From NCBI GenBank assembly GCA_038230375.1, contig JBBRNJ010000006.1, positions 32,001 through 96,000 of the forward strand: a DNA stretch of 64,000 bases. Direction: 5' to 3'. The notes under the pieces were generated by a model, which searched no databases, was not told where the DNA came from, and was given only the letters and a program-made list of their open reading frames with translations. The DNA is from Polyangiales bacterium (GTDB lineage Bacteria; Myxococcota_A; Polyangia; Polyangiales; Polyangiaceae). A program made the translations under genes and the position numbers. Of the stretch, positions 27,501-35,077 are shown in pieces. Each line of letters begins with the position of its first letter. The stretch's first letter is position 1.

Positions 27501-27530
27501 AGCGTCGTGAACGACGTGTAGAGATCCGCC

Positions 27531-27695
27531 CTAGATGGGAACTTCCAGGCTCGCTTCCCGGCGCGAGAGCCAGCGCGCCGCACGCAAGCTCATCGGCCCG
27601 AGCTCACGCGAGCCTGCACGCGAGCACTTGCTGCTCGATCGGCTTGAATAGAGAACGTGGTGGGCGATGGGGTTCATGGTCAGCTCGTTATACAT
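27531..27695 (-). CDS. Putative attenuator leader peptide (54 aa; 48 aa from the alternative ATG at 27677)
   Basis: MYNELTMNPIAHHVLYSSRSSSKCSRAGSRELGPMSLRAARWLSRREASLEVPI*. Lies between the promoter and the terminator; its stop codon sits inside the predicted antiterminator. Confidence 0.55.
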   Translation of the reverse strand: MYNELTMNPIAHHVLYSSRSSSKCSRAGSRELGPMSLRAARWLSRREASLEVPI

Positions 27696-27723
27696 GGACG
27701 GCGCAGGCGCGCATCCGATTCAC

Positions 27724-27752
27724 GTTATGCCTCGGCCTCCTTCAAACGTCAA
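27724..27752 (-). promoter_or_regulatory. Putative sigma70-type promoter of the leader/tRNA/rtcB unit
   Basis: Minus strand TTGACG-17 nt-CATAAC (or TAACGT at a 19-nt spacer), with an AT-rich tract upstream. Confidence 0.55.
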
Positions 27753-27931
27753 GATTAAATCCGAATATTCAAACGCCATAGATTTGAAAAGCGACACGCC
27801 CGTTCGGAGAGATCGCTATCCGACTACATGTGGCAATAGTCTGGTCGCTGGGCACGTCGTCGCCTGGGAGGTTCCGCCCGGCGAGCGCATTTCGCTTGCC
27901 CGAGTCGATCACGCCGACAACAATTCGCGCC

Positions 27932-28927
27932 ATGCAATCCGTCGCTGCGTCCTCCATCCTTGGTGTCGGTCACTACGTTCCCCCGAAGGTCGTCACCAAC
28001 GCTGATCTCGCGAAGCTCATGAACACGTCCGACGAGTGGATCGTGCAGCGCACCGGCATCAAGGAGCGTCGCTACGTGGACAACGAGGGCGTCATGGCGA
28101 GCGATCTCGCGCTCCCCGCAGCGAAGATGGCGCTCGCGAACGCCGGTCTCACGGAGAAGGACGTTGACGCGATCATCTTCGCGACGCTCTCGCCGGATGC
28201 GCATTTTCCAGGCTCGGGATGCTTCCTTGGCAAGAAGCTGGGGTTGCCCGGCATCCCCGCGCTCGACGTCCGGAACCAGTGCGCGGGCTTCCTCTACGGC
28301 CTCTCCATCGCGGATGCGTGGGTGCGCGCCGGCGTGTACGAGCGCGTGCTCCTGGTCGGGGCGGAGGTGCATCAGTGGGGGCTCGACTTCACGGATCGCG
28401 GCCGCGACGTCGCGGTGCTCTTCGGTGACGGCGCCGGCGCCGTGGTCATCGGCGCTGCCACCACACCGGGGCAGGGGCTGAAGAGCCTGGAGGTCCACTC
28501 GGACGGAACGGGCGCGACCGATCTCTGGATGGAGGCGCCCGCGAGCCGCATCACGAAGGAGATCGTCGAAGAGGGCCGGCACTTCCCGAAGATGAATGGC
28601 AAGCAGGTCTTTCGCTGGGCCACCGAGAAGATGCAGGAGGCCGCGCTCTCGGCCATGAGCAAGGCGGGCGTGACCGCCGCCGACATCGATCTTTTCGTGC
28701 CGCACCAGGCGAACCTTCGCATCAACCAGTTCGTCGGACAGAAGCTCGGCATCCCCGAGTCGAAGACCGTCGCCAACATCGAGAAATACGGCAACACCAC
28801 GGCAGCCACGATCCCACTTGGCCTGTCCGAGGCCATGATCGAAGGCCGCTGCAAGCGCGGCGACACGCTGCTCTTCGCCGCATTCGGAAGCGGCTACACC
28901 TGGGGCGCCGCCGTCCTCACGCTCTGA
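27932..28927 (+). CDS. fabH: 3-oxoacyl-ACP synthase III
   Basis: TSDEWIVQRTGIKERR; NQCAGF (Cys), PHQAN (His) and YGNT (Asn) catalytic triad; LFGDGAGA. Confidence 0.9.
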   Translation: MQSVAASSILGVGHYVPPKVVTNADLAKLMNTSDEWIVQRTGIKERRYVDNEGVMASDLALPAAKMALANAGLTEKDVDAIIFATLSPDAHFPGSGCFLGKKLGLPGIPALDVRNQCAGFLYGLSIADAWVRAGVYERVLLVGAEVHQWGLDFTDRGRDVAVLFGDGAGAVVIGAATTPGQGLKSLEVHSDGTGATDLWMEAPASRITKEIVEEGRHFPKMNGKQVFRWATEKMQEAALSAMSKAGVTAADIDLFVPHQANLRINQFVGQKLGIPESKTVANIEKYGNTTAATIPLGLSEAMIEGRCKRGDTLLFAAFGSGYTWGAAVLTL

Positions 28928-28987
28928 CGCGCGCGTTGTCAGGTCTTGTCAGTGGACCTTGTCCCGCACGGTTGGGATGATGCACCC

Positions 28988-29677
28988 ATGCGTCGTCGCC
29001 TCGCCTCTCTCCGCGTGGTCCCTGTTGCGGCAGCGGCGCTCCTCTCGTTCGTCGCGCTCGCTGCACCCGCGCGCGCGGCGCCGGAGCCGCCGAATGACGC
29101 GTTCCACCACGTAGGCGTCACGACGAATCTCCTCGGACCACTCAACGATACCTACCAGGCGAGCATCGAGGGCGTCGTCGATCCGCGCTGGTCGTTCACC
29201 GTGGCCCCATGGATAGCCTCGGGTCGAGCGACGGGCGGCGAGCGCGCCTTCGAATTCTGGGGTGACTTCTCCGTCTACACTGTGAAGTTCGATGCCGTCG
29301 GCATCGACACGCAAGTTCGTCGCTATGTCGGGCCCTGGCGCGGCGCCTCAGGGCCGTTCGTCGCGGTCGGTCTTGACGGTTCGCGATTCAGGCTGAAGGG
29401 CGATGGCTGCCGCTACCCCCTCCTCGGGGAGCGCTCGGCGCCTCCCTGCGACAACGGACGAGAGTCCAGGATCACCTACGTGGGGCCCACCGCCGACATG
29501 GGCGCTCAGCTGGTGTTGCCCGTCGGCTTCACCGTCGGCGGATCGATCGGCCTGCGCTATCGCTTCGTGCCGGACGGGGACATCCACGCGTTGACGCTCC
29601 CTTCTACATTTGACGCCGCGCATGGACCGGGCTTCGGGCTGCGGCTCCGCGCCTTCATCGGGTGGTCCTTCTTGTGA
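28988..29677 (+). CDS. Secreted/outer-membrane beta-strand-rich hypothetical protein
   Basis: Signal peptide ending ARA, alternating beta strands and an aromatic C-terminus (IGWSFL). Confidence 0.55.
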   Translation: MRRRLASLRVVPVAAAALLSFVALAAPARAAPEPPNDAFHHVGVTTNLLGPLNDTYQASIEGVVDPRWSFTVAPWIASGRATGGERAFEFWGDFSVYTVKFDAVGIDTQVRRYVGPWRGASGPFVAVGLDGSRFRLKGDGCRYPLLGERSAPPCDNGRESRITYVGPTADMGAQLVLPVGFTVGGSIGLRYRFVPDGDIHALTLPSTFDAAHGPGFGLRLRAFIGWSFL

Positions 29678-29759
29678 GTGGACGGTGGGTCGAGCCGCGC
29701 TCGGGAACGGCTTACGCACTGCTCTTTGTGTGATTTCCGGGTAGCCTTCCGGGGACATC

Positions 29760-30206
29760 ATGAGCGCGCTCACGGACATCCCCAGCCAGTTCTTCGTTGC
29801 GCGACTGGCAGCGGCGACCGATCGCGACGTGATCATGCTGCTCGCGAAGGAGCTCGGTGAGCACGTCCACGCCACGTTCGCGGAGGCCGCGTGTGCGCGC
29901 GAGAAGCACTCGCCCACCGGGTTGCCCTTCGGCGACGTAGGCGTGGCCATTCCGCATGGCGAGCCAGAGCATGTGAAGACGCCGGCGATCGTGCTCGCGT
30001 CGCTCGCGAAGCCCGTGCGCTTCCGGCAGATGGGCTCGCCGCGCACCTTCGTGGAGGTGTCGCTCGTGGTGATGCCCGCGCTCACGGCCAAGGAGCAGGC
30101 GGCGGCCACGCTGTCGGGCATCATCACATTGTTGCAGGATGCAACCATTCGCGCCGCGCTCGCGAACGCGACCACTGCGGAAGAGATGCGGAGCGCGCTC
30201 GCATGA
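29760..30206 (+). CDS. PTS IIA component (galactitol/fructose-mannitol family)
   Basis: REKHSPTGL...GVAIPH phospho-His motif; LAKPVRFRQMG. Confidence 0.85.
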   Translation: MSALTDIPSQFFVARLAAATDRDVIMLLAKELGEHVHATFAEAACAREKHSPTGLPFGDVGVAIPHGEPEHVKTPAIVLASLAKPVRFRQMGSPRTFVEVSLVVMPALTAKEQAAATLSGIITLLQDATIRAALANATTAEEMRSALA

Positions 30207-31630
30207 GCCTCGACGGATTCGTCCACTACGTGCTCTCTCTCGGGCCGCCCGTGATGATGCCCATCTTCATCACGCTGCTCGGGCTCCTCTTCCGTCAGGG
30301 CATCGCGAAGAGCGTGCGCGCGGGACTCACCGTGGGCGCGGGGTTCATCGCGATCGGGCTCGTGGTCGGTCTGCTCGTGAACGTCGTCGGTCCCAAGGCC
30401 ATGGCGTTCGCGGACGTGCTCGGCCTCAAGCTGGACATCCTGGACGTGGGCTGGCCCATGGGCGCCGCGGTGTCGTTTGCATCACCCATTGCCGCCGCGC
30501 TCATCCCGGTCATCCTTGCGCTGAACGTGGTGCTCGTGCTCACGAAGCAGACGCGCACGATCGACGTCGACCTCTGGAACTACTGGCACTTCATCTACAC
30601 CGGCGCGCTGATCCACGCGGCCACGGGCAGCATGCTGCAGGGCGTGCTGGGCGCGTGCATCACGGCATTCATCATCTTCAAGCTCGCCGACTGGACCGCG
30701 CCCATGGTCGAGAAGCACTTCGGGCTTCCGGGCATCTCGCTTCCGCACACGGAGACCATCAACTGGGCGCCGCTGATGTTCGCGCTCGAGCGCGTGTGGC
30801 GGCTCGTGCCGTTCCTTCGCGACGTGGAGGCGGACCCCACGGCGGTGCGCAAGCGTCTGGGCATTCTGGGCGAGCCGCTGCTCATGGGCGCAATGCTCGG
30901 CATCCTCCTTGGCGTGCTCGGCGCCATCCCGCTCTTCCGCGCGCACCGCTACGGCGAGTGGTTCAAGGAGATCGCCACGCTCTCGGTCACGATGTCGGCC
31001 GTACTGATCGTCCTGCCCAAGGTCGTGGCCATCTTGATGGAGGGCCTCATCCCCATCTCGGAAGGCGCGCGCGACTATCTGCAGAAGCGTTTTCCTGGTC
31101 GCGATCTCCTGATCGGCCTGGATGCGGCCGTGGTCATCGGGCACCCGGCGAACATGGCGATCGCGCTGCTCTGCGTGCCGATCGCGCTGCTGCTCGCCGT
31201 GGTCCTGCCCGGCAATCGCATGCTGCCGTTCGGCGATCTTGCGGCCCTGCCGTTCTACATCCTGTGGGGTGTCGCCGCGGCGCGCGGGAACATGGTGCGC
31301 GGGCTCCTCAACGCGATCGTCGTCATCGTGCTCATCCTGCTCATTGGCACCAGCCTTGCGCCGCTCACCACGGAGCTGGCGCAGTCCGCCGGCTTCAGGC
31401 CCGAGGGAGTGGGAGATGCTGCAAAGTACACGCAATGGTCCGGCGTCGCGCTCGGCAGCCACGTGGTGCCGTGGATGGTGCTGCAGCTGTTCCGGCCGGG
31501 CATGCGCTGGGTGGGCGCGGTGACGCTCGGCGGGTTCGTCGCCATCTGGTGGTGGGTGCGCCGTGACGTGCTCTCCGAGCCCGAGAAGAACGGCGAGCCT
31601 GCGAAGAAGGACGATGGAGGCAAGGACTGA
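30203..31630 (+). CDS. PTS galactitol-family IIC permease (GatC-like)
   Basis: LGPPVMMP, DVGWP, DVDLWNYWH, LMEGLIPISE, IGLDAAV and LPGNRMLPFGDL motifs. Start ATG 30203 overlaps the IIA stop. Confidence 0.9.
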   Translation: MSLDGFVHYVLSLGPPVMMPIFITLLGLLFRQGIAKSVRAGLTVGAGFIAIGLVVGLLVNVVGPKAMAFADVLGLKLDILDVGWPMGAAVSFASPIAAALIPVILALNVVLVLTKQTRTIDVDLWNYWHFIYTGALIHAATGSMLQGVLGACITAFIIFKLADWTAPMVEKHFGLPGISLPHTETINWAPLMFALERVWRLVPFLRDVEADPTAVRKRLGILGEPLLMGAMLGILLGVLGAIPLFRAHRYGEWFKEIATLSVTMSAVLIVLPKVVAILMEGLIPISEGARDYLQKRFPGRDLLIGLDAAVVIGHPANMAIALLCVPIALLLAVVLPGNRMLPFGDLAALPFYILWGVAAARGNMVRGLLNAIVVIVLILLIGTSLAPLTTELAQSAGFRPEGVGDAAKYTQWSGVALGSHVVPWMVLQLFRPGMRWVGAVTLGGFVAIWWWVRRDVLSEPEKNGEPAKKDDGGKD

Positions 31631-31632
31631 CC

Positions 31633-33378
31633 ATGCAGCCCAGGAAGGTCACGCTTCCAGATGCGCTGCACGCGAGGCCTGCGAGCCTTCTCGTACGTGT
31701 AGCGAGCGGCTTCGTCGCCACGATCGCAGTGGTGAAGGGCGAGCGTCGCGCGAACGCAAAGTCGATCCTCGAAGTTCTCTCGCTGGGCGCCGCAAAGGGC
31801 GACAACGTGGAGCTCCTGGTCGAAGGCGACGACGCGGACGCCGCGATGCAAGCGCTGCTCGCGTTGATCGACCAAAATTTCTCGGCTGATCTGGTCCCGC
31901 AGACGGGCGCCACGTCTGTACCCGGCATCGCAGTCGGGCGTGCTCACGTGCTGGCGCCGGCCGACGTCGCCGATACGGTCACGGATGCCGCAGCCCGCTT
32001 CCAGGAAGTGCGCCTGGAGCTCACGCGCGATCTCGAGCTCCTCACGCCCACCGAGCGCGAGCTGCTCGAGCCCGAGCTCGCGATCATGGAGGAGCTCGAG
32101 ACGCGCGTGCGCGCACGGATGAACCCCGCTGGCGGCGGGCAGTCATTTCGTGACGCCGTGGATGCCGAGACCGGAGGCACCATGACGGATCTCTTCCTCG
32201 ACGCGCGCGCGCGCCTCATGGGTGACAGGCTCCGCATCGACCTGCCTCCGGGCTCGGGGCCCTCCATCCTGGTGGCTCTGTCGCTCCCACCGTCCCTGGT
32301 CGCGGCGCTCCCCGCCTCCATCGTCGGCATCGTCAGCGCCAGGAGCGACGACGATACGAAGCACGGCACAGGCGACACGTCGCACGCGGCCATCATCGCG
32401 CGGAGCCGCGGTATCGCGCTGGCGTTCGTTGGCACCGAGGTGACGGACGCCATCCTCCACGACGAGACCATCATCCTGGATACGACCGAGAGCTCTGCCC
32501 GCGTCTGGACCGACCCGAGCGAGAAGCTCCTCGCAGAGGCCATCCAGAAGCGCGATGCGCGCGCCGCGGACGAGGCGGCGCATGTCGCACGCGCGGAGGA
32601 GCTCGGTCAGAGCGTGCGCGTGACGGTGCGCGTGAATGTCAGCCACATCGACGAGCCGCTGCCAACGCAGGCGCGCGGGGTCGGCCTTGTGCGCACCGAG
32701 CTCTTGTTTGCGGCGCGTCGCGCGGAGCCCAGCATCGAGGAGCAGGCGGCGGCATACCGATCGATCGTGTCGCGCGCGCGTGGGTTCTCGGTCACCATCC
32801 GGCTGTTCGATGCAGGCGGCGACAAGCCCCTCGCGTGGTTGCCCTCCACCGATCCGGATGCGCGCGGCGCCGCACTCCTCCTGTCGCACGAGGCCGTCCT
32901 GCGCGCGCAGCTCTCGGCCATCGCCGCCGCGCGCGATTCGGGAGACGTGCGCGTGCTCATCCCGCTCACGCGCAACGCCGCGGATGTTCGCCGTGTGCGC
33001 GCGCTCGCCCCCCCGGGCCTCCTGGTCGGCGCCATGCTGGAGACCAAGGACGCCGTGGAGCAAGCCTACGAGATCGCGAAGGACGCTGATTTTCTGAGCA
33101 TCGGCACGAACGACCTCACGGCGTCAGTGCTTGGTGTTGCGCGCGCCGACGCAGGTGATGGACTGTCGCCCGCCGTCTTCGCGGCGATCACCCGCGCGAT
33201 CGCTGCCGCACGCGCACATGGTCGCGAAATTTCGGTGTGTGGTGAGCTCGCCGCGCATCCAGAAGGAGCGCCCAGGCTGGTGGATGCTGGCGTCTCTGCG
33301 CTGAGCGTGGCGATCCCGGCGTTCGCACGTGTCGTCACGCTGGTCTCGGAGAAGATCCCCGGAGGAGGGCACGTATGA
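31633..33378 (+). CDS. HPr-Enzyme I fusion phosphotransferase
   Basis: HPr LHARPA and NAKSILEVLSLGA; EI TSHAAIIAR, GVGLVRTE, DAGGDKP, FLSIGTNDL and SVCGELA. Confidence 0.85.
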   Translation: MQPRKVTLPDALHARPASLLVRVASGFVATIAVVKGERRANAKSILEVLSLGAAKGDNVELLVEGDDADAAMQALLALIDQNFSADLVPQTGATSVPGIAVGRAHVLAPADVADTVTDAAARFQEVRLELTRDLELLTPTERELLEPELAIMEELETRVRARMNPAGGGQSFRDAVDAETGGTMTDLFLDARARLMGDRLRIDLPPGSGPSILVALSLPPSLVAALPASIVGIVSARSDDDTKHGTGDTSHAAIIARSRGIALAFVGTEVTDAILHDETIILDTTESSARVWTDPSEKLLAEAIQKRDARAADEAAHVARAEELGQSVRVTVRVNVSHIDEPLPTQARGVGLVRTELLFAARRAEPSIEEQAAAYRSIVSRARGFSVTIRLFDAGGDKPLAWLPSTDPDARGAALLLSHEAVLRAQLSAIAAARDSGDVRVLIPLTRNAADVRRVRALAPPGLLVGAMLETKDAVEQAYEIAKDADFLSIGTNDLTASVLGVARADAGDGLSPAVFAAITRAIAAARAHGREISVCGELAAHPEGAPRLVDAGVSALSVAIPAFARVVTLVSEKIPGGGHV

Positions 33379-33650
33379 AGAAGATCCTGGTTGCATGCGG
33401 CACGGCCATTGCCACTTCCACTGTCGTCGCGAAGAAGCTGGAAGAGATGCTCAAGGCGCGCGGCATCGACGTGAAGATCGATCAGTGCAAGGCCTCCGAG
33501 GTACCAACCCGCGCCGCCGACTACGACGTCATCGTGTCGACCACGGAGGTCACCGGAACCGGCGGAAAGCCGCTCGTTCGTACGCTGTCGTTCCTCACCG
33601 GAATCGGCATCGACGCGGACGTCGAGAAGATCGCCGGCCACCTCACGTGA
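33375..33650 (+). CDS. PTS IIB component (GatB-like)
   Basis: KKILVACGTAIATS phospho-Cys loop; FLTGIG. Confidence 0.9.
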   Translation: MKKILVACGTAIATSTVVAKKLEEMLKARGIDVKIDQCKASEVPTRAADYDVIVSTTEVTGTGGKPLVRTLSFLTGIGIDADVEKIAGHLT

Positions 33651-34048
33651 CCCTGCCCATGGTGCACCGGACGCCACGCCTTCGCGCGCTCGGCGAGGAC
33701 GCAGTCCTTGTCGTGCTCCCCGTTCTGCTTCTCGGGGTCGCATCGCCGTCGCCGTGGCTCTGGCTCCTGTGCTCTGCGGGTGTGTGCGTGCTTGCGTTCA
33801 ACGTAGCAACGCTGCATTTTCCGCGCGAAATCGCGCTCGACGAAGAAGGCATTCGCTTTCGCGCGTATGGTCGCGAGCACCACTATGCGTGGCAGGCGAG
33901 TCGCGTCCGCGTGCGCCGCTTCCTCGTGCGCGACCGCGTGCTCCTCCGCGTGGAAGACGTGAAGAGCGGGCGCAGCCACCGCTACTGGCTGACCACGCAG
34001 CTCTCCGACTACGACGCCCTGGTCCGCGATCTCGTCAGCCGAACGTGA
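33647..34048 (+). CDS. Small membrane protein with PH-like C-terminal region
   Basis: Two TM segments, then PREIALDEEGIRFRAYGREHHYAW. GTGA overlap with IIB. Confidence 0.5.
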   Translation: MTLPMVHRTPRLRALGEDAVLVVLPVLLLGVASPSPWLWLLCSAGVCVLAFNVATLHFPREIALDEEGIRFRAYGREHHYAWQASRVRVRRFLVRDRVLLRVEDVKSGRSHRYWLTTQLSDYDALVRDLVSRT

Positions 34049-35030
34049 GCGCGCCCAGCGTCTTTGCGACGTCGCCGCCGCGCCAGACGATCTCGTTGAT
34101 CGCGAGAAGGAGCGGGAGACCCGTGATGCTGCGCTCCTCCGCGAAGCGCGTTGCGGTGGCGATGGCCGCGTAGCCTTCCGTCAAGAGGCCAGCCGCGAGC
34201 ATCTCTCTCGCGACCTTCTCTGCGGGCTCGCCACGACCAATGCGCTCACCGAAGGCGCGGTTTCGTCCTGCCGCCGCTGTCACGTGTAGATCGCCCACGC
34301 CCGCGGCGCCGTGAACGGTGTCCGCGCTGCCACCCGAGGCCAGCACGATCTTCCGCATCTCGGCGATGGCCTGCGCGAAGGAGGCGGCACGCGCGTTGTG
34401 CGACTCCGCGCCCACGAACCCGTCCCACATGCCAATGCCCGTGGCGTACGCGTTCTTCAGAGCCGAGCAGAGCTCCGCACCAGCGATGTCGCTCGTGGGG
34501 GTGACGAGCAGGGTCTTGCCTGCGAGCGCGTCGGCGCAGAAGCGCGCGTCGGGGCCCGCGAAACACATCCAGGTGAGGACGTCGCGCGCGACCTCCATGG
34601 CCTTTGCGGGACCTGCTGCGTGCACGTAGCGCGGGTCGCGGCCGAGGATCTCACCGACCACGAGATCGATCCGCTCCATCTTCTTCGCGCGGTTCTCGAG
34701 AATGCCCTTGGTGACGGAGAGAATGGGCACGTTCGGCATGAAGGGCGCGGCGCGCCGCATGACCTCGGCGATGCCATCCGAGTTCACGCCGCACACGACG
34801 AGCTCCGCGGACCGAAGCGCCTTCTCCAGCTCTCCGATGTCGTGGCCATGCACCGTGGTGATCCCGTCGAGCGTGAGCTTGAGGCGTGGGTGAGGCTCGC
34901 CACGCTCCACGGGGTCGAGCATGGGATCGTCCAGCCACGTGCCCCAGAGCGTGACCTCGTGGCCACGCTTTCGCGCCACGGTCGCCATCGCGGTTCCCAT
35001 GTATCCTGCACCTAGTACGGTCACGCGCAT
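34035..35030 (-). CDS. NAD(P)H-dependent glycerol-3-phosphate dehydrogenase family protein (GpsA paralogue)
   Basis: VLGAGYMGTA, SVTKG, ELCSALKNAYA, GVGDLHVT, GRNRAFG and EGY motifs. Confidence 0.85.
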   Translation of the reverse strand: MRVTVLGAGYMGTAMATVARKRGHEVTLWGTWLDDPMLDPVERGEPHPRLKLTLDGITTVHGHDIGELEKALRSAELVVCGVNSDGIAEVMRRAAPFMPNVPILSVTKGILENRAKKMERIDLVVGEILGRDPRYVHAAGPAKAMEVARDVLTWMCFAGPDARFCADALAGKTLLVTPTSDIAGAELCSALKNAYATGIGMWDGFVGAESHNARAASFAQAIAEMRKIVLASGGSADTVHGAAGVGDLHVTAAAGRNRAFGERIGRGEPAEKVAREMLAAGLLTEGYAAIATATRFAEERSITGLPLLLAINEIVWRGGDVAKTLGALTFG

Positions 35031-35077
35031 GGCTCGTTGCTAGAGCATTTTCGCGGCCAGCGCCACGGCCCCGACGG

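Noticed and set aside
26732..27781. ORF-track ORFs across the tRNA/leader region (26732+, 26737-, 26843-, 27330+, 27449+)
   Set aside because: They overlap six foldable tRNA genes and regulatory hairpins and have no protein-like composition.
26600..27790. RtcR/sigma54 control or a Ro60-Y RNA module for rtcB
   Set aside because: I found no GG-N10-GC motif on the minus strand here and no rtcR or TROVE gene in the window. They could lie elsewhere in the genome.
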